A stretch of 64,000 bases of DNA from Podarcis bocagei (Eukaryota). This document shows, piece after piece, positions 49,701-61,700 of this stretch. Every line of letters starts with the position of its first letter. The stretch's first letter is position 1. The notes beneath the pieces were generated by a model, which saw only the letters and a list, made by a program, of their open reading frames with translations, was not told where the DNA came from and did not search any database. Location: NCBI GenBank assembly GCA_964188305.1, contig OZ076892.1. The stretch is one strand, 5' to 3'. A program made the position numbers and the translations under genes.

Positions 49701-52700
49701 ATTTATAGGTGGTACATGACTCCAGTCAAGCTTGCAAAAATATATCATCTGCCTGACAATAAATGTTGGAAATGCAAGGGAACTGAAGGAACATTCTTTC
49801 ACCTCTGGTGGACCTGCCCAAGGGTTAAGGCTTTCTGGGAAATGATCTATAACGAGTTGAAAAAGGTATTTAAGTATACCTTTCCTAAGAAACCAGAGGC
49901 CTTCCTTTTGGGCATTGTTGGTCAGAGGGTGATAAAGAAGGATCGAACTTTCTTTATGTATGCAACGACAGCAGCAAGAATACTTATCGCAAAACATTGG
50001 AAGACCCAAGATTTGCCCACGCTGGAAGAATGGCAGACGCAACTGATAGACTACATGGAATTGGCAGAAATGACTGGCAGAATTCGAGACCTGGGAGAAG
50101 AGACAGTGGAAGAGGACTGGAAAAAGTTTAAGGACTATCTACAAAAATATTATAAACTGTATGAATGTTAAGAAGATGCAGGATAGAAAATAACATGGCA
50201 TCAGCAATTTAGTTGAGAGAATTATGAGAATAAGTGATGTTTAAGAAAAAGATGAAATTTGGAGTAACATTATGTTTAAATTAAGTATTTAAGTATTTGA
50301 TAAAAATATCTAAAGTCGGAGACATAATATTTGAAAATTACAAAATAAGAATTGGAACAAGGTGATAAATTGCTGCTTATAATTTTATAATTGGGAACGC
50401 AGGAAAGGGAGATGTGAGGAAGTCCAAAAGGTTATGGAAATATGATTTATGGACAGTTGATTTCGCTGTATTATGTATATCTTTTTGTTTTTCTCTGTTT
50501 TTTCTTTGTTTGTTGTATCTTGGTGATGGTATTTTATATGTTTGGTGATTTTATTGTTTAAAACCTTAATAAATATTTTATATATATAAAAAAAATAAAA
50601 CAAAGACTTTAGCTCGGATTTACATAATTTTGGTCAGCTCATAAAGACTAGCTTTCTTGGGTGTTACATGCAACTTCCAGACAAAAAGAGCCTTATATCA
50701 AACAAGTTCTTTGCTACAGCCACAAAAAGACACGAATGTTAGAACCTGACAACTTAAAAAAGGCAAATTAAATGAATAGTTCTTATTCCTCCTCTCTAAG
50801 GGCATGATGAGGAAGAGAAAGGAGGAAGATCAAAAATAAAATCTATGTTGTCTCCCAGTTTGTTGTACTATCCTTGTGAGGGTTTGGGCAGGAGGACTGA
50901 GTTCCGGTGTTGTCTTACCATCTCAGCATTTCAGAAACGAGCATTGGTGTTGGTGAGACACCAGGGACAAGCAATGCGCCCAAGACACAACGGATACTTG
51001 AACAAGAAAGGCGGGAAAGTCAAACAAGTGTGGGAGTGGGGCAGAGGCAGTGAAGAGTGGAAGTTGCAAGAAATGATGAAGACCTAAGTGAGCTTTGCTT
51101 TCTGGGGAGATTACAGAGCGAAAGAAAGGACAGATTTATTGAGCCGGAGAGCAGGCATTGTGAATACTTTGGCCTCTCTGATGAATTAAGTCCTCCCTAG
51201 GTCAAGGCTGGGAGTTTGGCTGTGTACACACTAGCCTGTTTATAGCACACAAAAAATGTAGTTTTTCCTCAATCCAGAATCAAAGAACTGAAGAGCTGGA
51301 AGGGATCCCTTGGGATCACCATTCTAGTCCAACCACATTTTATAGGTAGGGTTTTTATATTTACAAAAACCACAGCTAAAGGATCCCTGGGCCACCCAAG
51401 CTCTGTTTAAAAACCTCCAATGAAGGAAGTCCACCACCTTCTGAGGGAGTTCGTTCCATCAATAAATAGTTCTTACTGTTAGTAAGGTCTTCCTAATGTT
51501 TAGCTGGAATCTCCTTTCTTGCAATTTGAGTCCATTTGTTCTGGAACTACCCTCTGGAGCAGCAGAAAACAAGCTTGCTCCCTCTTCCAGGTGACAGACC
51601 TTCAGATATTTAAAGTTAGCAATCATATCCTCTGAGCAGCCTTATCAGAAAAGTAGTTCTTCAGACTTCCCAAAAGGAGTTTCTGGTGGTGCTCAACCTT
51701 TCAAAGGGTAAGATGAGGAGGACCCGACGATTCGAGTAACAAGGTGATACCCCAAGTTAGAATCAGGTTGCTTCTCTGTGGTGCCAATGGAGGATGGATG
51801 CATGGAAGTTCCTGCCTCAGGGGGGCTGGGCCACTTTCCACCCCCGAGATTCTACAAACAGGAAGGCCACAAAGCTTCGTTTACTAACCTCTTTCTCAAG
51901 CTCCATTTCTACAAAACACAGCAAGAACCCACACAGCCCACGGAAGTCGTCTTTTTTACCACACCACGGCCTGCATTGAAGAAGAAATGCTTGTTGAAAA
52001 CATATGCACAGGAGCAGGATAAAACGATGCAGAGCAAGATGGAACCGCAAAAAGGTACGTGTGGGGAGGGAACTTGGACTCCCCAAAGCACAAACAACTG
52101 AGAAGACCCATAAATAAGATCTCACCACTGCCATCAACTCAGTAAGCAGCCTTAGGGACGTGGTCCCTATTCCAGACTAAGACTCACCCCACATCTATGC
52201 TATACGGACTATCTTACAAGATTATTGTTGTGAAAATAACTAAAGCACTATGAATACCCTAGAGTAGGTATCTTCCAGCTTTACAAACCCAGGACCCACT
52301 TTTAAGCCAAACATACATCCGGGGACCATTTCTTAATCTCCTGGCATACATCTGCGTGGCTGTGACCCAGTAGTGGGCCCCAATTCTTCAGTGGAAGACC
52401 AGCGCTCTAAGACCACTGTTATTCTAAGTCAGGGATGGGGAACCTCCAGCCTCCTAATTTGGCCCTCAATGTGATTTTCTGCATCACTACCCCTGGCCAC
52501 ACACATCTGTGGAGAAACAATTGAGAGCCCTAAAAAGGGCTGCCGGTTGTTCCTCTGCAAGTGGAGTTTGCCTTCAGCATGTACTTAATTTGGCACCAAA
52601 AGCAAGTCCTGCTGGGATTGGCTCTACTCAGGAGTTCTCGACTGGAGCCAATCCCTGCTAAAAGTGAGGGTCTTTGCACCCCTTGAACTCACAGAAGAAC

Positions 52701-55700
52701 CCTGAATTCAGGCCAGGGCTGCAGAGGTGGGAGGAGACCTTGCAGAAATTTGCAGAGAACTCTGGAATTCCATTTGTGTACTTCTGATCTAAAGTTTGTA
52801 ATGTGCAATTTTTCAAAAAGCTGCATTTCTTAGGATTAGCTAGTATTGCCAGAGACCATAAGCAGCAGGTAGTGGAGCCAGTGTGGTGTAGTGGTTAAGA
52901 GCGGTAGTCTCGTTATCTGGGGAACCGGGTTCGCGTCTCCGCTCCTCCACATGCAGCTAGTCACATGGGCTAGTCACACTTCTTGAAGTCTCTCAGCCCC
53001 ACTCACCTCACAGAGTGTTTGTTGTGGGGGAGGAAGGGAAAGGAGATTGTTAGCCGCTTTGAGACTCCTGAAGGGGAGTGAAAGGCGGGATATCAAATCC
53101 AAACTCTTCTTCTTCTTCTTCATATGAATCCCTTGACATCTGTATTGTGTTAACCTGAAGACTCTTACTCTGAACTCAAAAGCTTCCTGATTTCACAAGT
53201 GCTCTTAAGGAGCCGGAGTAATAAACCTCCTAATTAATAGTCATGTCATAAGAGGACATTTCTCAATTTCCTGTTTTGTCAAGCCCACTTCTGGTTTTCT
53301 ACTTTTTTTGTTCTTCTCAAAACTGAGCCAACCGAGGGTTTTGTAGCAGTCAGACAGCTGTGAGCTGTGTTTTCAACACAGGGTAATTCTGATTATTTAA
53401 ACCAGTGTTTTAGGACTACAATTCTGGGAGCCTGAAACCTATGCAGAAGTGCAGCGTTCTTTATGCTTAACCCCATAACCTGTTTTCCATGTTACAGTTC
53501 ACTGAAAAGGCAGCAGCAGGGGAGTGTGTTTGCTTATCACTGAAGAAAACACAATCTGTTTTCTCCACACACATTTATGACGAAGGGGTGATATTTCTAA
53601 GTAGGCCTGCACACTCCCATACTACAGAAAATAAGCATGGGGAAAATCCCCGGTCTTCTCTGCCCCTCCCCTTCTGCAGATGAGGCAATTCTCTCAAGGA
53701 CAGGAAGAAAAGAGTGGTGCCTTTACTTGGCTGAGCTGAGGCCCTCGATGGTTGACATCATTTTGTCGTTAATTTCTTCTTCCATCCTTCCTTTCTGAGA
53801 GGTATTCCTAAGGACAGGCAGAGAAACATCGTCCAGATGAAACGTTTCCCCAAAATGCAGGAGAAAAGGTGCACTGAGTAATCATTACATACCTTTTAAT
53901 TACATTTTGCAGAAGCAAAAGCTGAAAATGAATGCTGGCCAATTAAATAAAGGGGGCTAAGGTATCTCAAGTATTGCTTAGATATAAATATAGTGCAGAG
54001 AAAGGAGAAAGTAGCAAGGGAGTATCCAGTTGTTCTATGGCACAAGGCATACACAGAAAGCAGAAGAAAGAAAGAGAAACTCACTTATAGCTTACAATCG
54101 AAGGAGGACACAATGGTTCTTGTCTAGACCTATCCAGACTAACACACACACACAAACAAACACAGGGAAAGAGAAAGGAGAGAGAAATTTGATGTCATGC
54201 ATTCATTAGAAATGATCAGATTAATCACCTATGAAAAGACTAATGTTATAGCAGCCTGTCTTCATAAGGTGGACAAAATAAAAGCAAACATCTCAAGTTT
54301 GGTTTTTTTGGGGGGAAATCTCTGTGTTGCATCTTGAAAAAGTGTGGAGTCCTAAAATAATGTGCAAGAGTGAATTTTTAAAGCAAAAAATTGATTTGTT
54401 TGTTGTGAACGAAAATAACTAATGAGCATGGAGTAAACCTGTCTGTTTCTCACCTGAGATGATACAGCAGTTGGAAGCTCTACCTACATCTGATGTTGCA
54501 GAGCAACCTTTGACCCAGAGGTGGTGCATGATCTAGGAATGGCTGGGAGAAAAAGCTGAAGGATCTAGGACACTGTTTTCCCCTCTTTGCCCAGCCCTTG
54601 TCTGATGTCACTGGATTCGTTCACCGATAATTTCATGCTAAGGGATGAAGGAGGAATCCATTTTAAACCAATTTATACGCAGAACTTGGTGGTTCCAGCC
54701 TGATTTGAGCTTTGCTCACATCAAATTGCCTCTTGTATTGAGCCTGTGGTTATATCAGAGCCGCTTCTGCAATCTTGGGGGTATTGCCCCCCCAAACCCT
54801 AAATATATGTGAAGCTATATAAACAAAATGCTAATATTACATAAAAGTCAAGTGTCATGCATAATTTTACAAATATATTGCCTAACACATACACATTTGC
54901 ATGTACTTGTCTATGTGCCAGTTACTTCAGGAAACCTGGAGTACATGCACATATAATATATATACAATAATGTGTATGAGCACTGTTAAGATTTATAGCT
55001 GATGCTCGGGGGGGGGAGAGGGAAGGCTTCCAATCAAAATTAATGAGCAAGATGCGATTAGAAAAAATCTGTGCAGATAAGCTATAGAGATTTTCAGAAA
55101 ATTCCATCCTTACTCATGCTTCTGCTGCCTGGCTCTGCTGAGGTGTNNNNNNNNNNNNNNNNNNNNNNNNNNNNNNNNNNNNNNNNNNNNNNNNNNNNNN
55201 NNNNNNNNNNNNNNNNNNNNNNNNNNNNNNNNNNNNNNNNNNNNNNNNNNNNNNNNNNNNNNNNNNNNNNNNNNNNNNNNNNNNNNNNNNNNNNNGGGTG
55301 CAGCTTGCTAAGTGCTGTGTATTTCTTCTCTTCACTTGCCTTGGCTCACCCAGAGCTCAAAGTGATACCGCTCTGCTTGAGAGACTAAATTCAGGGACTG
55401 TATGTGGAGTTGGGGGTGAGAAAGTGAGAAGAACCACAGCTGCCTGAACACTGGGTAAATAAAGTGACAAAAGAAAGAGCACAGGAGGAAAACACCGCCC
55501 AAGTCCATTTGCTCACTTCCTCAGACACATTTGTCTGCTTCTGCCAGAGCTAGCTGCACATAACATTTAGTTTGTTTGCCACAGTTTGCCAGGTAAATGC
55601 AGACTTGTGTGCGCTCCCCTGTTGCCTGTTAACAGCACCGGATTTTCAGGGCTATACTGCCTTTGGGCTTGGTTCCATTTAGCTATTAGAGCTAAATTGG

Positions 55701-58700
55701 ATAGACCTCATCTTCCAGGAATTTTTCTAACCATTTTAAAAGCCATCTCTGAGCCTAACTATGCAATGTAATGGAAGTAAACACTGATTGCTTGCTATTT
55801 TAGGAGCGGGGTGGATTTTCAGTGGAGAATCAGCAAAGGAGAGGTGTGCTTAACCCCTCCACAACTCACTGTAACTCCTTTCCCTCTAAGCCGCTCACTG
55901 TCCGCCTGACAACTTTGTTTTATTTTGGAGGATAATGTCTAGGGAGGAAATCCTAAAGGTGGCAACAATCGTATTGGGTGATTTAAAAAACAACAACACC
56001 AAAACATTTCTCACATGAAAACCTTCACAAGGACACTCCTCTGCTAAAAATAGTAAATCTGAAGTCAAACAGTGCAGAGAGAAGAATCAGCCAAATCTAA
56101 TACAAAAATCAAGACAGTAATATGCAGCCTACTTCTGCTAAAGTCACAGAGGAATATTACGCAGAATAAGAAGAACATTCCAAAGAAAATGATTCAGAGA
56201 CCACATGCAGTGGAGTTACTGAGCCTTCAGTAAGATCTGCAAACCAATTTATGTGCTACACAAGACAGGGCCTTCTTGACAGGGGCACCAAAGTTGTACA
56301 ACTCCATCTTCACTGACCTTTCAGATACTTAGCAAAAGGGCTTCTCTTCCAGGGAGGTCCCAGAGCTTTTTCTTACTGTAAACATCTTATATTATGTTGG
56401 TTGCGCTGGCTTAGTAGTAGTAACTTTCTAGCTGCCTTGTTAATCACAGTTCTGGAAGGTGCGCATGTGTGTACACACACACAAAACACCACAACACAGC
56501 AGGATCTAACATGTGTTATAACCATGCATGACTTGCCTCTCTGTAGTCCTCTGACGGCTCACCAACTGCAGAGCTATCTCCTAAGCAAGAGAGAAAAGGT
56601 AGGGGATTAATGCTTTCCCAACCCTCCCTCTTAAAGCATGTAAATATAATTTAATGAATTCAGCAAGCGAAATATGTTCAGTGCTGCACAGAGGAGCCCC
56701 TGACCTGTGAGTTTCCCATAACATAGAAAGTATATTTTAAATGGTTGGCTGAGTTTCTGCATCTGCAACGTAAGGGGCTGGCTTCCTCTTAGGAAGTGGC
56801 ATGAAGGGGGAACAAACCTAAGATTCGTGTCATTTGCAAGACTGCCTAGGTAGGGAAGCAGATGCCCTACGTGACCGGACATTTATAGCTTTATTCACTT
56901 TTGCTACGGAAATATCTATTTTATATTTGCTTTCTCAATGTAATTTTACGGTTGCTCTTATGCTGCTCTTCGCTGTGATATTTTCTCTTAACATCCTTAA
57001 CATCTTAACACAGGATTTTGTTGCAATAAAATAAATAAAATAAAACGTAAAAAAATAAAATAAATAAGACACAAGTGGAAAGGTGTTAAAAAATAACTGT
57101 GCTTCTGGATTATTATTTTTTTACTTATTGTTGACCATCTGTACACCCTATGACAGACTGGTGTCAAAAGGAGAACTGATATGTATGTAATACATATGAC
57201 CCCAGCCCTTTAAATCACCTCAGAGAGGACGTGGGTGGGTGAAGTCTTCACCCAGGTCCGTTCTGACATCCCGCCCATCAGGTTGGCCCCCAATGTCTCA
57301 TGGGATTTCCCAGCTAGCCATGCAGGAAAACACCTTCCACTGCCGTGCTGAAGCTGGGAAATGGCTGTACCCGCCCACCCCATAGCCACACTGGGCCACA
57401 AACTCCGCTTCCCATAAGTAAAGTGTGGGGGGAATGGGACGGGACACGACTTCTCTCCCTTTATCTACCCTTTGTTTCCAATATTTACTTCTGGCTCCTT
57501 GCAGCAGCAACAACCACCAAAAGCCAACCAAGTCCAAACTGAGGGTTTTGGAAAGAAAGAGCAAAGAGCAATGGAGCCTCACCCTCCTATGCCTTCTGTT
57601 TGGTGCCGTTGTCTCGCTGCTCACACTCTCTCTGTGGTTTAGGTGAGCAAAAGGCCGGGCGGCCCCCCAGGTCTCCAAGAACCTCGACATCCGGACAGAG
57701 GCCCTCATCTTCAAGCCATCATGCACTCTGGTGGTTTGTGGGAGGTGGTTGTTGGAAGTGCGCTGCTTAGACTGAACCCGGGGAGAGACAAGACAGCCAA
57801 GCGTACATTTTAGAAAACTGGATATAACAAACAAATGAAATTATTTATTTGACAGAATTTATATACTGCTGACTCATCCGTAACCTCTAAGCCAAACTGG
57901 CACTCTCCAGTTTGGATAGCTAAATGGCTCAGTTGGTTGGAGCGTGCTGCTGATAACACCAAGCATGCCGGTTTGATTCCCATAAAGGACAGCTGAATGA
58001 CTATTCCTGCACTGCAGTAGAGGGTTGAACTAAATGATCCTCGGTAGGATTCTATGATACTTAAGATGTTCGAAGCTACAACTTCCACCAGCTTCAGCCA
58101 AAATGAGTTTCGAAACATCTGGAGGGTGCCAAGTTGGTGAAGGCTGTTCTAAGCGGTGACCATAAAACATGAGACGTTCGTTAAAAAATACTGGTTAAAA
58201 ACTGAACGTTAAAAGCAAGCGAACAGTGTAATTTATCAGTAAAATCAGAAGTTATTGAAGAAATATACACATTAATACAAACTTATATGCTAAGATTACA
58301 CATCTGAACAGTCTTACAGAAAAGTCTTAACAGGTGCCAGGTACAATAAACAAGGTGAAATGAAATTATACAGGAAATGATACAGGAAGCCTTATAACTT
58401 ATGACTACCCAACCCAGAGATGGGGAGCCTGTGGTCCCTCCATATGTTGCTGGACTCAGACCATGCTCATGGATCAGCTTGGCCACTGAGACAACAGGAG
58501 GATGCTGGACTAGGTCAGCCTTCAGTCCAACCCAGCTGGGCTCTTCCTAATGACTGCAACTCCTGGCTATTGGCCATGTTGGCTGATGCAGTGGCTGAAG
58601 GGAGCTGGAGTCCGTGAACATCTGGGAGGGCAACAGGTTAGCCAACACTGACTTCAGACCGCTTTTGCCTGCTCTGACTTGCAAGGCCTCTCTAGTGCCT

Positions 58701-61700
58701 TATGGCAGCCAGGGGACTGTCCCATCATTTATCACTTGATTCTTTCATCTGGAGATGTAGGTGAATGAATAGGGGAAACTTCTGCATGCAAAGTGTAAGC
58801 TCTACACCCGTGGTTCCCAAACATTTTTGGGCCATCTCCCCCTCAGTTCCATTATCTCCACCCCAGTGCCCTGTGCCCATGGAAAGCATTCTTCAGAATA
58901 GTGGTTTGGACAATCCACTGAGGGATAGCTCAGTTGGTAGGTAGAGCATGAAGCTCTTAAATCTCAGGATTCCTGCATTGAAGGAGGTGGGACTAAATGA
59001 TCCTTGTGGTTCCTTCCAACTCTACAATACGCAATTCAGCTACCAACACAATGAAATTCTAAACAGCAACAATTAATTGCACGTTTATTCAAAATCCAAT
59101 TTAAACCAATTCAACCGATTTGCTTAACTTCAGCCACTGATGCCACTGATACTCATTTACACCTCCAGCGCCCCCCCTCCCCATCAGCCGCTTGCCTCTT
59201 AGAGCCACCCTAGGTAACCCCAGTGCCCCCTAGAGGACAGGAAAGCCCACTCTGGAGACCGCTGATCTACATACTGCGCTATGACCTTTCCTCCCAATCC
59301 AGAGGTAGCTGGTGAGTGTGTCGAACAGGTCTCATGCCACATCCACGCTATATACTCAACACACGTTTAATCTTGGGAACCAGCTTAAGAGGATTCTGGC
59401 CTCAACTGCAGCACACAGTTTCATTTGTGAGCTGAGCAGAACAAACTGGATCACCCTGGAGTACCTTTTATTTTCTCATCGCTTTCTCTCAGAATGCCAG
59501 TGGAGCTGCACTTAAAGGCAGAACGTGGGAGGCTTGAAGCGTATTCTTTTAATTACACACAGTTAAAGAGCAGCCTTTTCTGGATACTTGAAGTGTTCCT
59601 TGGAGACCGAACTCTATAAGCCATTGTTTCATGGATCCATGGACCCTGGCAACTGAATGTCTAATACTTATTTCAGCCTCGTTATGCAATTGCAGCCCTG
59701 CCTCCCCACCGTCTGTGCTCCCAGTTCTCAGTCCACGGTCGCTATCTTTCTTTGTGGTTTATTGCCTTCGGTGTCCCAATTCCCACACCCCTACACACAC
59801 CCACAACTCCTTTCCCTAGCTTGAGAAACTTAAAGCAAAACAACGACAACTAACAAACATAAGCACAGCCATGCAAAATAAATTGAGGGGTTGCTTGACC
59901 AAGATTAAGCATGCAGACTCGCTCAACTTATTTCAGCTACAAAATACAAGGTGTGGGGTTTTGTTTTTTGTAGACTGCAGAACTAAAAAGTGAATTATTT
60001 TACTCCCCCTCATACACAACAAAAAATTTGTTAGATGTATATTATGCGCAGGCTCACATGCACACAGAAACCCAATTGTGCCCCAGAAACCTGCAGGCAG
60101 ATTGGGCTTGTTCAAATCAATGTGAAAATTCAGGCTCACTTATATCGACACTCTGCATGGTTTACTGGTCCCCAGTTCTGAGTCTCGCTCTTATTTTCCA
60201 TCCCTTTTCTCTCCAGGGATAAGCCAATGTAGTGCCCCATGTTCATTGGCAACAGCTCCCATTAACCCTGGGAGTTGTAGCCAAGACCATCTAGAAGCCT
60301 CCACATTGGCTATCTCTGCCCTATGCAAGGTTCTCCCCAGCCCCTCTCCCCTCCCCCACCACTACTCCGTCCTTTTGTCTCCCACACCCATGGGCTTACT
60401 TAACCACTCTGCTTCCGGGTTGCCCAATCTAGCTTTGCCACCACCTGCATTCCATTTCCTATCCTTGTCTGCCCAGGATTTCTATCTCTGCCCCTCCTTC
60501 CTTCCTGAAAAAACCAAACGCTCACAGTTATCACACCCTCAATTCCAGTATGAAGTTCTTCATAGCCAAACTTTTTTTAAAAAATAAAATAAATAAATTC
60601 CACTTCATTCACAGATGCAACATCATTTGCAGACATTTTACCACAGGCATCTACTTCCCAAACAATCAGAGAACGTGATGATGTCACAGCAGTTCAGCCA
60701 ATGGGGAGGGAGATCCCAGGCAACATTCCATTTGTAACTTGCTAAAAATAATAACAAGCCAAGCAGACAAATGTGTGCACACTCTTGTAAGCGAGTGCAA
60801 TATGCATGTGTATCTTAGGGTAAAAGCACACCTACCCTCGGGTCTATCACCAAGTAAGTTTTGATATTCATGGCTTCAAGGTAAGGGTCTCTGAGGTGTC
60901 CATTCCCATCTTCCACTTCATAAGCTTTGCCTAGGTGACTGAGGGTTGCTTCTGTAATGTGTACACGGCTGGAGAGAGGAAAGAGACAGGAGCACAAAAG
61001 ACTTGAAACATTTGCAGAAAGGTCACTGTAAGTTATTCATTTCCATATCAATGGCTGCTGTTGACAAGCCTGAGCTTCTCAACAGCTTCACGCCTTGGAA
61101 GCCAAATCCAGGATCCTGGCAGCATTGCTGTTTAACAGCTTTGCTTATTTGCAATCCATCATAGCACAATTGTTCATGCATTTCTCACTGGGCTTTGTGC
61201 AGTGCCTTCAGTTTTATTTTCTTTTATTAAGGAAGGTATATAGGATTTATCTACTGCTTAATTGTCAAAACCTCCAAGTGGTTTAAATAAATTACGCATT
61301 AAAAATACCGATAATATTAAAAGCAAGTTAATCTAAAATTTTCAAAATAAACGAGCAGTTTTCAAAGCACACATTATAAAAGTTGCACATTAAAATGCAT
61401 GTCCCGATTTGCAGGTCTGGATAGGCTTCCTTCAGCAATGACAACAAAAAGGTTTCAGCAGTATAGTACTGTACAGAGAAAGCACCTGCCTAGTATCAGT
61501 GGGCAGGGAGTACCAAAGTGCAGGTGTTGCCATGCTGCAGGAAAGATTCCTTGTAAGTGTGGAACAAACGTTATGTAGCACCCTTTCTTTCAGCAGTGTG
61601 GGAGATGAGGCAAGCAAAATTTAGGCTGTAAACCTCTTAAGGCACCAATCTGTCTCCCCCTCCCTTGTGTTTGTCCGCAAAGCACTATGTATATTCATGG

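Noticed and set aside
56818-56845. Alternative candidate for the ADCY7 C1b micro-exon (AVLQMTRIL)
   Set aside because: 28 nt gives the wrong phase, and the donor GTTTGT is weak.
57914-57990. tRNA-Ile-like sequence (also SINE heads at 2161, 52874, 58921)
   Set aside because: Degenerate stems continuing directly into SINE bodies; these are SINE heads, not tRNA genes.
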